A DNA stretch of 64,000 nucleotides from the NCBI GenBank assembly GCA_963847445.1, contig CAWJZV010000048.1, forward strand, positions 32,001 through 96,000, written 5' to 3'. The position numbers and the translations under genes were made by a program. Shown here in pieces: positions 22,738-32,794 of this stretch (the first letter of the stretch is position 1; every line of letters starts with the position of its first letter). Below the pieces are notes generated by a model. That model was not told where the DNA came from. It ran no database searches and worked only from the letters and a program-made list of their open reading frames with translations. This DNA comes from an uncultured delta proteobacterium. GTDB taxonomy: Bacteria > Desulfobacterota > Binatia > UBA9968.

Positions 22738-25484
22738 CTAAACTCGCGCTTCGCGGCTCGGCTGCGTCGGGGCGATGCGCCGGATCACGGGAATCCGCTC
22801 GAACGCCTCGACCACGTCGCCCTGCTTGAGATCCTGATACCCTTCGAGGGAAAGACCGCACTCATAGCCCGACGCAACTTCGCGGACATCGTCCTTGAAA
22901 CGCTTGAGGCTGGCGAGCTTGCCTTCGTGCACCACTACCTGGTCGCGCAGCAGCCGGACCAGATTGCCACGGGCGATTTTACCCTCGGTGACCGCGCAAC
23001 CGGCGATGGTACCGATCCCGGCGATATTGAAGATCTGGCGGATTTCGACCCGGCCGAAAACCTGCTCGCGGAATGTCGGCTCCAGCAAACCTTCCATGGC
23101 GGCGCGCACGTCGGCCACCACTTCGTATATGATCGTGTAGAGCCGCACGTCGACGCCCTCTTTTGCCGCCAACGCCGCCCCCTTGGATTCCGGCCGTACG
23201 TTGAAGCCGATGACGATGGCGTTGGAAGCGGCAGCGAGCAGGATATCGCTCTCGGTAATCCCGCCCACTGAACCGTGCAGGACTTTGAGTTTGACGTCGC
23301 CGGTGGACATGCGTGTGAGCGCGTCAGAGACCGCCTCGACCGAGCCCTGCACATCGGCCTTGAGCACCACTCTGAGTTCCTTGACGTCGCCGGCTTTGAT
23401 CTGACTGTAGAGCTCGTCCAAGGAAACTTTGCTCGACTTGACCAATTCGGTTTCGCGTTGCTTGCTGTGGCGGAACTCGGCGACTTGGCGCGCTTTGGCT
23501 TCATCGGCGACCGCGACAAACGAATCGCCCGCCAGCGGCACGCCCTGCAAACCAAGAATCTCCACTGGGAACGACGGCGGCGCGACATCGACTTTCTGGC
23601 CATGATCGTCGATCATGGCGCGCACTTTGCCGTAGAAGACGCCGCAGACAAAGGCGTCGCCGACGTGCAACGTCCCTTCCTGAACCAGAACGGTCGCCAC
23701 CGGTCCGCGGCCGCGATCAAGTTTGGCTTCAACGATGGTGCCGCGCGCCAGTTTCTCCGGATTGGCTTTGAGTTCCAAAATATCGGCTTGCAGTTGCAAC
23801 ATTTCCAACAGGTGCGGAATGCCTTCGTGAGTCTTCGCCGATACCGGCGCGAACACCGTGTCGCCACCCCAATCCTCGGCAGCCAAACCATATTCGGACA
23901 GACCCTTTTTTACTTTTTCCAGATTGGCATCGGGCCGGTCCATCTTGTTGACCGCGACGATGATCGGCACTTCGGCGGCGCGCGCATGGTTGATCGCTTC
24001 GACGGTCTGCGGCATGACGCCATCGTCGGCGGCCACCACCAGCACGACGATATCGGTGACTTTAGCGCCGCGTGCGCGCATGGCGGTAAACGCTTCGTGG
24101 CCTGGCGTATCGAGAAAGGTCACGCTGCGGCCGTCCACTTGCACATGATAGGCGCCGATATGCTGGGTGATGCCGCCATGCTCTTGGGCCGTCACATTGG
24201 TGCTGCGAATGGCGTCGAGCAACGACGTTTTGCCATGATCGACATGACCCATGATCGTCACCACCGGCGGCCGCGCCTGCAAAGCGGCTTCCTCTTCCTC
24301 GGCACCGACCGGCGTTTCTTCGAGCGCGCTGTCGGCATCGAAGGCGACGTTTTCGACTTGAAGATCGAACTCGGAGGCGATCAGTGTCGCGGTGTCGGCG
24401 TCGAGCACCTGGTTGATGGTGGCCATCATGCCCATGCCCATCAGCTTCTTGATCACCTCGCCGGCCTTGACGCCCATCTCACGGGAGAGATCGCCGACCG
24501 ATGATCACTTCGGAGATTTTGATGACGCGCTTGCTCGCCCGCGGCACGGTGATTTCGGTGCGGCGCACCTCTTTGCCGGGCATGACTCGTTTCTTGCGTC
24601 GGAATGCCACGGCCGCCGCGCACTTCTTTTTCGCGCGACTCGAGGACATCTTGTTTCTTGACGACGCGCTTTTTGTGTCGCCCGGCCTTCGGCTTGTCAT
24701 CGCCGGCACCCGGTTCCACCGGCGGCAGCTGCCCGGGGCACCGGCGGCCGCGGCACCAGGAGCGGGCCGGCGCAATACCGGCGTCGGCGCCGGTTCGACG
24801 CGCATTGTCTGCTGTTTCAGATCGATGCGGCCGAGGATGCGCGCACCGCGCGGCGCGGTGCGCTGCAAGGCTTCCATGGTTTCGGGTTCAGGGCGCCGGT
24901 CGGGCTGCGGCAACCGGCGGCACCGCCACCGGCTCCGGTTTAGCTTCGATAATTTCCGGGATTACTTCGGCTGTGCCAGCTTCGACGACCGGTTCAACCC
25001 ACGCGGGTTCTTCAGTCGGTGCCGGTGTTTCAGCAGCGGCTTCCACCGGCATTTCCTCTCAAGTCGGCTCAGGGGCGGCCGGCTCAGCGCTGACCACCGG
25101 TTCGGCGAAAATTTCAGGCTCGACAACGGGCGTAGCGACAGTTGCTTCAACAGCGCCCTCGGGCGGCGCGACTTCAACCCGGCTGGTGCGCCGACGAATG
25201 ACATTGGTACGGACCCGGCGTTCGACGACGGTCTCGCGCGACTCGACGCTGCCCTGACCCTCTTCCTCGGTCTTGACCACACGAGCGATGACTTTTTCTT
25301 CGCCGATATGGACATGCGGCTTTTCCTGGGCTACTAACGCAGCGCGCACGCGCGCCACTTCGTCATCTTCCATCGCGCTTTGGGCCTTCCGACCGCGCAT
25401 CCCCAACTTGTCGAGCTGGGCGATCAAATCCTTGGTCTCGATGCCCAATTCTTTTGCCAGCAGATGAACTCTCGTCTTTCCCAT
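22738..25484 (-). CDS. infB: Translation initiation factor IF-2 (indels in the N-terminal region)
   Basis: [13 protein letters not shown] start, then [27 protein letters not shown] and SLKRFKDDV. Confidence 0.97.
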
Positions 25485-25499
25485 TTTACTCCCCGTCGT

Positions 25500-25769
25500 T
25501 TAAGCCCCGAGACTGTCCTTCAGTTCGCGCAGCAACTTTTCCTTGGCCGGCTTGGCGACTTCAACGCGAAACGCCCGGAAGTGGCTCTTACGGCCGACAA
25601 AACCGCTCCAACACTCCACCCGCCGATGTAAATAACCACCGCGCTGCCCTTGGGCGGCGACTTCCAGTTGGCCAGCGGCGTTGACGATTAGGCGAAGCAG
25701 CCGCGCTTTGCGATCACGCGCGCCACAGCCTAAACAGGTTCGCTCCGGCGCATCTCCCGGCTTCGCCAC
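25500..25769 (-). CDS. ylxR: YlxR / DUF448 family protein
   Basis: PERTCLGC, LLRL and RGGYLH motifs; sits between nusA and infB. Confidence 0.88.
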   Translation of the reverse strand: MAKPGDAPERTCLGCGARDRKARLLRLIVNAAGQLEVAAQGQRGGYLHRRVECWSGFVGRKSHFRAFRVEVAKPAKEKLLRELKDSLGA

Positions 25770-25776
25770 CGGACAC

Positions 25777-27135
25777 TCAAGACGGCTCTTCCGGCGCCGC
25801 AGTGGCTTCGGGCGCCACATCGGCGTCGGCAGCCACAGCCGCTTCAGGTTCCGGCGCAGGCGGCGGATTGGCCGCCAACTCCGCCTCCTTGGCGCGCTTC
25901 TCCGCGACATATACGACCGCCGATTTGTGCACCGCTTCGGCCTTTTCTTTGCTGATGCCTTCGATATCGAGCAACTCCGCCACGTCGCTGTCAGCCACGT
26001 CTTCGGCCGACTTAAATCCTTCTTGGTAGATCAACTCGGCGGCGATATCGCCGACACCGGGAATCGCACCGATGGACTGACGCGCCCGCCGCGTCTCTTC
26101 TTCCGCTTCCGCCTCGTTGCACACGTCGATGCGCCAGCCCGTCAAACGCGACGCCAAGCGGACGTTCTGGCCCTTTTTACCGATCGCCAGCGACAGCTGG
26201 TCGTCCGGGACGATCACTTCCATGGTGTGATCTTGGTCGTCGATGATGATCTTGGAAACTTTGGCCGGCGCCAAGGCGCGGCAAACATATTCCGCCTGGT
26301 CGGGAATCCAGTGCACGATGTCGATTTTCTCGCCGCGCAGTTCTTGCACCACCGACTGAACTCGCGTGCCCTTCATGCCGACGCAAGCGCCCACCGGATC
26401 GACATCATGGTCGTGGGAAACTACGGCGATCTTGGCACGGCCGCCAGGTTCCCGGGCGGCGCCTTTGACTTCGACGATGCCTTCGTAAATCTCCGGCACT
26501 TCTTGAGTAAACAATTGGATCAACATGCCTGGATGGGTGCGCGATAAAACAATCTGCGGGCCGCGGCTGGTGATCTCGACGCTGACGATGTAGGCGCGAA
26601 TCCGGTCGCCTTGGCGGTAACGCTCCCGCGGCACCTGTTCTTTTTCCGGCAGGATGGCGTCGGTGCGGCCGAGATTGACGATGATGTTGCGCTTCTCGAA
26701 GCGCTGCACGATGCCGTTGACCAGCTGCCCTTCGCGGCCTTTGAACTCGTTGTAAATAATTTCTCGCTCGGCGTCGCGCACACGCTGCACGATATTCTGC
26801 TTGGCCGCTTGCGCGGCGATGCGGCCGAATAGACTCGAATCCAGCTTGGTCAGCAGCTCGTCGCCCACTTCGGCGTCGGGATCGAGGTTTTCATGGGCCG
26901 TTGCCAAAGTGATCTCGGTGGCCTCGTCCTGCACGGTTTCGACCACCGTCTTGGCTTCGAAGAGCTCCACTTCGCCGATCTCGGCGTTGAACTGCGCCTC
27001 GATCTTGCGCTGATGGCCGAAAGTTTTCTTGGCCGCCGAGATCATGGCATTCTCCAAAGCGCTGATGAGGATCGCTTTGTCGATGCCCTTTTCCTTGCTG
27101 ACCTGTTCGATGACTCGATTGAGATCCTGCTGCAT
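25777..27135 (-). CDS. nusA: Transcription termination factor NusA
   Basis: [30 protein letters not shown] and [13 protein letters not shown] motifs. Confidence 0.97.
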   Translation of the reverse strand: MQQDLNRVIEQVSKEKGIDKAILISALENAMISAAKKTFGHQRKIEAQFNAEIGEVELFEAKTVVETVQDEATEITLATAHENLDPDAEVGDELLTKLDSSLFGRIAAQAAKQNIVQRVRDAEREIIYNEFKGREGQLVNGIVQRFEKRNIIVNLGRTDAILPEKEQVPRERYRQGDRIRAYIVSVEITSRGPQIVLSRTHPGMLIQLFTQEVPEIYEGIVEVKGAAREPGGRAKIAVVSHDHDVDPVGACVGMKGTRVQSVVQELRGEKIDIVHWIPDQAEYVCRALAPAKVSKIIIDDQDHTMEVIVPDDQLSLAIGKKGQNVRLASRLTGWRIDVCNEAEAEEETRRARQSIGAIPGVGDIAAELIYQEGFKSAEDVADSDVAELLDIEGISKEKAEAVHKSAVVYVAEKRAKEAELAANPPPAPEPEAAVAADADVAPEATAAPEEPS

Positions 27136-27136
27136 A

Positions 27137-27607
27137 TTAGGCACTCCAGTCGTGCTCGTAGTTGGACTTTTCGATTATTGAAAATGGAATTTCCCAGCGC
27201 CTGCCGTCTTGATTGATCGCGATGGTCTGCGGCGTGACTTCGAGCAAGTTGCCAAGAAAGGCGCGCCGCCCGTCGATCGCCTCGCGCGTGCGCACTCGGA
27301 CTCGCTTACCGACGAAACCGGCAAAATGCTCTGGCCGCTTGAGCGGCCGATTGACACCGGGCGAGGAAACTTCCAGGGAATAAGCACCCTCGACCACATC
27401 GTCGTTCTCGTCGAGCAGATCGCTCAGGCTGCGGCTGACTTTGGTTAAGTCTTCCATCGCCGGGCCACCCTCTTTGTCGAGATAGACGCGCAATACCCTG
27501 CCACCCCGGCTGCCTTCATGTTTGAGTTCGATATCGACGACTTCCATTCCCTCGCTGGCCGCCAGCGGTTCGGTCATTTGCCAGATCCGGGTGAGGGTTG
27601 CATCCAT
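27137..27607 (-). CDS. rimP: Ribosome maturation factor RimP
   Basis: LRVYLDKEGG and YSLEVSSPGVNRPL motifs; first gene of the nusA operon. Confidence 0.95.
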   Translation of the reverse strand: MDATLTRIWQMTEPLAASEGMEVVDIELKHEGSRGGRVLRVYLDKEGGPAMEDLTKVSRSLSDLLDENDDVVEGAYSLEVSSPGVNRPLKRPEHFAGFVGKRVRVRTREAIDGRRAFLGNLLEVTPQTIAINQDGRRWEIPFSIIEKSNYEHDWSA

Positions 27608-27626
27608 GTTTTCTTGCCCCAGAAAC

Positions 27627-27651
27627 AAAAAAAGCGGGCAAAGCCCACTTT
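27627..27651 (-). promoter_or_regulatory. rimP leader hairpin with U-tract (attenuator-like)
   Basis: Minus strand reads aaagtgggc-ttt-gcccgcttttttt just upstream of rimP, resembling the conserved rimP-leader stem-loop. Confidence 0.6.
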
Positions 27652-27779
27652 GAGTACAACTCCTAAGTGTAGAGAATTTCTACCATGACGATCACCGCCA
27701 ATGCAAGGGGCGAGAGCCGATTGGCCGTTGCGCCACCGCGGCCATCTGCTATGATTTCGCCACGTTAAAGCCAATTTTC

Positions 27780-28889
27780 ATGAAAGCCGCGAGTCATTCC
27801 AAAAAGCCCGCGCCGGCGCAGATCTCTTGGGAGCAAATCCTCAGCAACCTCGACGATGGCGTGATCACGGCGGACCCCACTGGTACGATCAAATTTTTCA
27901 ATGAAGCCTCGGAAGTCATGATGGAAATTTCATCGGCCGCCGCCACCGGACAAACCCTGGAGCAAATTTTCAAACGCGAACCCTGGTTGATCGAGCTGGT
28001 CGGCAAGACCTCGCCGCCGCGCTGCGAGAGCGCCCGCGGCGAGGGCGATTTCGTCACCCGCTGGGGCGGCAAGATCCCGGTCAGCGTCACCGCCTCGCCG
28101 TTGCAGGATCGCCAGGGAACATTCTCGGGAACCATCCTGCTGTTGCGCGATCTGCGCCACCAGCGCGAACTGGAAGAGGACTTGAAACGGGCCGATCGCC
28201 TGGCGACTCTGGGAACCCTCGCGGCGGGCCTCGCCCACGAGATCAAAAACCCCCTGGGCGGAATCAAAGGCGCGGCGCAGTTGCTGCGCCGTAGCGCTGA
28301 AAGCGATCCGTCGGTACGTGACTATACCGACATCATGATCCGCGAAGTGAACCGGGTGAACACGCTGATCGAACAGCTGCTCGACCTGTCGCGGCCGACT
28401 GAGCTCAACTTGGAAGCGCTCAACATTCACGAAATCCTGGAAGACGTGCTCTTGCTCGAAGGTCAATCAGAAGCGGCGCAAAAATGTCTCATCAAGAAAA
28501 AATTCGATCCCAGCCTGCCGGCGATCCGCGGCGACCGGAGCCGGCTGACGCAAGTATTTTTGAACCTGGTCAAAAACGCCTTTCAATCCATGGAACGGCC
28601 GGGCGCGGTAACGGTGACAACGCGATTGGAGACCGATTTTCATATCCGCGGCAGCGGCAACCGCCGCCGGCGGCTGATTTGGGTGGACATCGCCGACCAA
28701 GGCGCCGGCATCAGCGACGAAGATCTGCCGCATATCTTCTCGCCCTTTTTCACGACTAAGATGAATGGCACGGGCTTAGGCCTGGCGACCTGTTACCAGA
28801 TCGTCAAAGAGCATGGCGGCATGATTCGCGTCGAGAGCAGCCCGGGCAAAGGCAGCGTGTTCAAAATTTCACTGCTGGTGGCAAATTAA
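27780..28889 (+). CDS. PAS-domain sensor histidine kinase (NtrB-like)
   Basis: PAS N-terminus; LAHEIKNPLGGIKGAAQLL, NLVKNA, DQGAG and FFTTK...GTGLGL motifs. Confidence 0.9.
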   Translation: MKAASHSKKPAPAQISWEQILSNLDDGVITADPTGTIKFFNEASEVMMEISSAAATGQTLEQIFKREPWLIELVGKTSPPRCESARGEGDFVTRWGGKIPVSVTASPLQDRQGTFSGTILLLRDLRHQRELEEDLKRADRLATLGTLAAGLAHEIKNPLGGIKGAAQLLRRSAESDPSVRDYTDIMIREVNRVNTLIEQLLDLSRPTELNLEALNIHEILEDVLLLEGQSEAAQKCLIKKKFDPSLPAIRGDRSRLTQVFLNLVKNAFQSMERPGAVTVTTRLETDFHIRGSGNRRRRLIWVDIADQGAGISDEDLPHIFSPFFTTKMNGTGLGLATCYQIVKEHGGMIRVESSPGKGSVFKISLLVAN

Positions 28890-28891
28890 AA

Positions 28892-30337
28892 ATGGATCAA
28901 GGCAAAATCTTAATCACCGAGGACGAGGAATCGTTGCGTTTCGTACTGCAAAAAGCTCTCGAAGGCGAAGGCTATTGGGTGCAGACCGCCACCAACGGCG
29001 CCACCGCCCGCCGGCTGTTGAACGAAAACCGATTCGACGTCTCGCTCATGGATATTAAACTGCCCGACGCCGACGGGCTAACCTTGTTGAAGGAATTCAA
29101 AGACAGCGGCATCGACACCGCGATGATCTTGATGACCGCGCAAAACACCATGCGCAACGCCATCGGCGCGATGAAAAATGGCGCCTTCGATTACATCACC
29201 AAGCCCTTCGATCTGGACGAAGTGCTGGTCTTGGTCAAGCGCGCCATGGACAGCCGCAAGCTAACCCGCGACTTCCGTGAACTAAAAGAAGAAGTCAAAA
29301 AACGCTTCGAGCCCGGCGTCAACATCATCGGCACCAGCTCGTCCATGCAGGGCGTCTACAAAATCATCGGCCAAGTGGTCGACAACACCGCGACCATCTT
29401 GATCTTAGGCGAGAGCGGCACCGGCAAGGAACTGGTCGCGAAAACGATCCATTACAATTCGCCGCGCTGGAACCAACCGTTCATCGCCATCAACTGCGCC
29501 GCCATACCCCGGGATCTTTTAGAGAGCGAGCTGTTCGGCCATGAGAAAGGCTCCTTCACCGGCGCCATGGACCGCCGCCTGGGCAAGTTCGAGCTCGCCG
29601 AAGCCGGCACGCTGTTCTTGGACGAAGTCGGCGACATTCCCCTCGACCTCCAGACCAAACTCCTGCGCGTCCTCCAGGATCACGAGTATAGCCGCGTCGG
29701 CGGCCGCGACATTCTCAAAGCCGATGTGCGCATCCTCGCCGCCACCAATCAGGATCTGGAAAAAGCCGTCAAAGAAAAACGCTTCCGCGAGGATCTCTAC
29801 TTCCGCCTGAAAGTCATCCCGATCCATCTGCCGCCGCTGCGCGAGCGGCGCGGCGATATTTCGCTCTTGATCGGCTACTTCATCGAAAAGATCAACCGCG
29901 AGATGGGTATCCAGATTTCCGGTATTTCGCCCGAGGCGCAAAAGCTGCTCGAAGATCACTCCTGGCCCGGCAACGTCCGCGAGTTGGAAAACACTTTGAT
30001 CCGCGCCGCCGTGCTGTCCTCCGGACCGATCCTCTTCCCCAAGGACTTCACGCTGCAGAACAAGCCGGCGGCGACGACATTGGAAGTCGACCAACTTTCC
30101 CTCGAAGAAATCATTCGACATAAACTGGAAGACTACTTTCGGCGCATGGAAGGCGTCGATGTCGACAATCTTTATTCGTTGGTGATCGAACGAATCGAAC
30201 GGCCGCTGATCGAACTCACGCTCAAAAAAACCAAAGGCAATCAAATCAAAGCCGCGGATATCCTCGGCATCAACCGCAATACCCTGCGCAAAAAGATCTC
30301 CGACCTGGGCATCGAGCTGAAGAAGGATCCGACCTAG
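28892..30337 (+). CDS. Sigma-54-dependent response regulator (NtrC-like)
   Basis: REC domain, GESGTGKE, ELFGHEKGSFTGA, WPGNVREL and a Fis-type HTH GNQIKAADILGINRNTLRKK. Confidence 0.93.
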   Translation: MDQGKILITEDEESLRFVLQKALEGEGYWVQTATNGATARRLLNENRFDVSLMDIKLPDADGLTLLKEFKDSGIDTAMILMTAQNTMRNAIGAMKNGAFDYITKPFDLDEVLVLVKRAMDSRKLTRDFRELKEEVKKRFEPGVNIIGTSSSMQGVYKIIGQVVDNTATILILGESGTGKELVAKTIHYNSPRWNQPFIAINCAAIPRDLLESELFGHEKGSFTGAMDRRLGKFELAEAGTLFLDEVGDIPLDLQTKLLRVLQDHEYSRVGGRDILKADVRILAATNQDLEKAVKEKRFREDLYFRLKVIPIHLPPLRERRGDISLLIGYFIEKINREMGIQISGISPEAQKLLEDHSWPGNVRELENTLIRAAVLSSGPILFPKDFTLQNKPAATTLEVDQLSLEEIIRHKLEDYFRRMEGVDVDNLYSLVIERIERPLIELTLKKTKGNQIKAADILGINRNTLRKKISDLGIELKKDPT

Positions 30338-30341
30338 TTCA

Positions 30342-30965
30342 ATGGCGCTCACGCTCCCACCGCTCTACGCCATCCTGGATCCGGAACAGGTCAAAGGCCG
30401 GGCCACCGAAGAAGCGCTGCGCGAGTTGTTGCGCAGCGGCGTCACGATGCTCCAGCTGCGCGTCAAGTCGCTGGCCGCGAAAGATTTCTTGGCACTGGTC
30501 GCGCGCATTCGCAAAGAAACCGAAGCGCACCGCTGCCGGTTGATCGTCAACGACCGCGTCGATATCGCCATGGCATGCAACGCCGACGGCGTTCACCTCG
30601 GCCAAGACGACCTGCCGCTCCACGTCGGACGCAAGCTGATGGGCAATAAGATCATCGGCATCTCGACGCACGACATCGAGCAGGCCCAGCAAGCAGAGCG
30701 CGGCGGCGCCGACTACATCGGCTTCGGCCCCATGTTCGGCACAACCACGAAAGATACCGGCCTAACCGCTCGCGGCATCGACATGCTCAAACAAATCCGC
30801 GCCGCGGTGACGATTCCCATCGTCGCCATCGGCGGCATCAACGAACAAAACGTCAGCCAAGTCTGGCAAGCCGGCGCTAATTCGGCGGCGATCATCAGCG
30901 ATATTCTCGGCGCCGCGGACATCGCGGGGAAAGTCGCGCGAATATTTAAGGCCGGTCAGATGTAG
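30342..30965 (+). CDS. thiE: Thiamine phosphate synthase
   Basis: QLRVK, IVNDRVD, GVHLGQDD, STH, GPMFGTTTK and AIGGI motifs. Confidence 0.95.
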   Translation: MALTLPPLYAILDPEQVKGRATEEALRELLRSGVTMLQLRVKSLAAKDFLALVARIRKETEAHRCRLIVNDRVDIAMACNADGVHLGQDDLPLHVGRKLMGNKIIGISTHDIEQAQQAERGGADYIGFGPMFGTTTKDTGLTARGIDMLKQIRAAVTIPIVAIGGINEQNVSQVWQAGANSAAIISDILGAADIAGKVARIFKAGQM

Positions 30966-31011
30966 AAGCTGTCTCGTGGCCAATCTAAGGACAAGTTATA
31001 GACAACACTCC

Positions 31012-31228
31012 AAGGGCGGCGAAACCGCAATCGAAAAGAAGAATGGCCGCAAGAACGCAAAAAGCGCAAAAAGAATCGAGAGCGTAGGGGCAGGTTGAAA
31101 CCCGCCCTCTTGGCTTTGGCGCATCGAGAGATTTGCGAAGCCGCGCAAACTATCACGGATAGTAGCACAAAGAATGCAAAGGACTTCAAAGAAAGAATTC
31201 CGATGTAGGGGCGTATGGCATACGCCCA
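31012..31228. repeat. Cluster of REP-like and CGCAAAG-unit repeats
   Basis: ggccgcaagaacgcaaaaagcgcaaaaag; GTAG-headed hairpins gtagggcaggttgaaacccgccct (31085) and gtaggggcgtatggcatacgccc (31205). Confidence 0.65.
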
Positions 31229-31320
31229 GGGATGGCGGAGCGGTGATCGCCCAAAGACAAAATTTGCGCAGACCACATAAATTCTCATGGGTGGTATAAA
31301 AGACGCGATACCACAGCCGC

Positions 31321-31551
31321 ATGAACAAAGTAGCTAACGAAATTCTCACCGAAGCGATGCAGCTCTCGATTATTGAGCGAGCGGAGATCGCCTCCGCGCT
31401 GCTTGCCAGCCTCGATGGCGAGCCTGACGATGGCGTCGAGGCGGCATCGGCTGTTGAGATCGAGCGGCGCATTGAGCGTATTAAGTCTGGCGCGGCCAAG
31501 GGACAACCTTGGGTCAAGGTTCGCAAACGTCTTGAGCGGTCTCGCGGGTGA
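31321..31551 (+). CDS. Addiction-module antitoxin-like protein
   Basis: EAMQLSIIERAEIASALLASLD...EIERRIERIKSG...PWVKVR pattern of putative addiction module components. Confidence 0.8.
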   Translation: MNKVANEILTEAMQLSIIERAEIASALLASLDGEPDDGVEAASAVEIERRIERIKSGAAKGQPWVKVRKRLERSRG

Positions 31552-31638
31552 GCCAGCAGATCATCGGCCTTTTTTTGAACTGTCATATTCGCACACGAGA
31601 ACCGTACCGGTTATTGGCGTGACCGGTTAGATAAATAA
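31548..31638 (+). pseudogene. RelE/ParE-family toxin stub (internally deleted)
   Basis: GTGA overlap with the antitoxin stop. Only about 90 bp remain, ending VIFAHENRTGYWRDRLDK*, like the AHxxRxPGYW C-terminus of ParE-type toxins. Confidence 0.6.
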
Positions 31639-31667
31639 ATAGAGATACCGCAGCAATCGAAGGAATC

Positions 31668-32156
31668 ATGAGCAGTTCATCTTTTTCCACTTCCCCCGAC
31701 AACCGCTATTTCGAAGATTACATTCCGGGTGCCGTGCATGAGTTCGGCACCATCGCCGTCGACGAACAGGAGGTCCTCGACTTCGGCAAGCGCTTCGTGC
31801 CGCTCTCCTACCACGTCGACAAAGAAGCCGCCAAGAAAAGCATCTACGGCGGCGTCATCGCCAGCGGCTGGCACACCGCCGCGCTGATGATGCGCATCTA
31901 CACAGAGAATTATCTTTCCCAAGTCGCCAACCTCGGCTCTCCCGGCGGCGACGAACTGCGCTGGGACAAACCGGTCTTTCCCGGCGACGAACTCTCCGTG
32001 CGCGCCACGGTCCTCGAAACCCGCCGCTCCGAATCCCGCCCCGACCGCGGCATCGTCCGGACGTTTATCGAAGTGCTGAATCAGAAGCGTGAAGTGGTGA
32101 TGAGCATGAAGATGGTGAACTTCGTGAGGTGCCGGGAGAACTCGGGCGCGAAGTGA
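31668..32156 (+). CDS. MaoC family dehydratase
   Basis: YFEDY, HVDKEAA, IASGWHT, LRWDKPVFPGD and NQKREVV motifs. Confidence 0.9.
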   Translation: MSSSSFSTSPDNRYFEDYIPGAVHEFGTIAVDEQEVLDFGKRFVPLSYHVDKEAAKKSIYGGVIASGWHTAALMMRIYTENYLSQVANLGSPGGDELRWDKPVFPGDELSVRATVLETRRSESRPDRGIVRTFIEVLNQKREVVMSMKMVNFVRCRENSGAK

Positions 32157-32159
32157 AAT

Positions 32160-32229
32160 CATTTATACAGTCAGGTTTCTGAAAACCATTATTCCCAGTC
32201 GCAAAGCGACCAAGGAGTATCTCAGATGA
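32160..32229 (+). pseudogene. C-terminal remnant of a BrnT-like toxin
   Basis: FLKTIIPSRKATKEYLR* with ATGA overlap into the antitoxin. There is no room for the N-terminal part because MaoC lies directly upstream. Confidence 0.7.
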
Positions 32230-32510
32230 ATCAGAATCAGCTAAAACTGGACAAAGAAGAGCTAGAGATCCTGCATGACTTCGAGCGCAACGAATTTGCA
32301 AGCCTCAAAAACTTCAGAGCGGAAAAGCGTCAACTCGAGGCCGCCGCGAGAAGCACCCTACAGAAGGGAAAGCGAATCAACATTCGCATCTCAGCGCGCG
32401 ACCTTGAGAAGATTCGCAAATGGGCGGTCATGGAAGGGATGCCCTATCAGACCCTGATTGCCAGCGCCTTACACAAGTTTGTGAGCGGCCAACTCAAAGA
32501 GACGAAATAA
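32226..32510 (+). CDS. CopG/BrnA-like ribbon-helix-helix antitoxin
   Basis: LDKEELEIL and KRINIRISARDLEKIR...EGMPYQTLIASALHKFV motifs. Confidence 0.85.
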   Translation: MNQNQLKLDKEELEILHDFERNEFASLKNFRAEKRQLEAAARSTLQKGKRINIRISARDLEKIRKWAVMEGMPYQTLIASALHKFVSGQLKETK

Positions 32511-32705
32511 GGCAGCGATCGCGCAGAGGCTCGTGTAATCCCGCCAGCTCCGAATCCCGCCCCGACCGCGGCATCGTCCGCACGTTTATTGAAGTGCTGA
32601 ATCAGAAGCGCGAAGTGGTGATGAGCATGAAGATGGTGAACTTTTCGTGCGCTGCTTCCGGTTACAATCCCCATAGCCGAAGCTGCACAGCGACTCTGCG
32701 CTTTA

Positions 32706-32786
32706 GTCCAACACGTTTTATCCCCTTACATATACGCCGGCGCCACTGCGCAACTTGATTGCCTTCATGCTTTGGGGGATAAAACG
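32706..32786. repeat. 12-bp perfect inverted repeat preceded by GTCCAAC
   Basis: cgttttatcccc (32714-32725) and ggggataaaacg (32775-32786). Confidence 0.6.
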
Positions 32787-32794
32787 CTCAAACT

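Larger units (their letters stand above)
32020..32655 (+). repeat. Direct repeat of about 110 bp duplicating the MaoC 3' end (copies at about 32020-32132 and 32540-32655)
   Basis: Both copies read gctccgaatcccgccccgaccgcggcatcgtccg...atgagcatgaagatggtgaactt with a few substitutions. Confidence 0.92.

Noticed and set aside
32020-32655. Diversity-generating retroelement TR/VR pair
   Set aside because: The mismatches are synonymous and not adenine-specific, and no reverse transcriptase is present.
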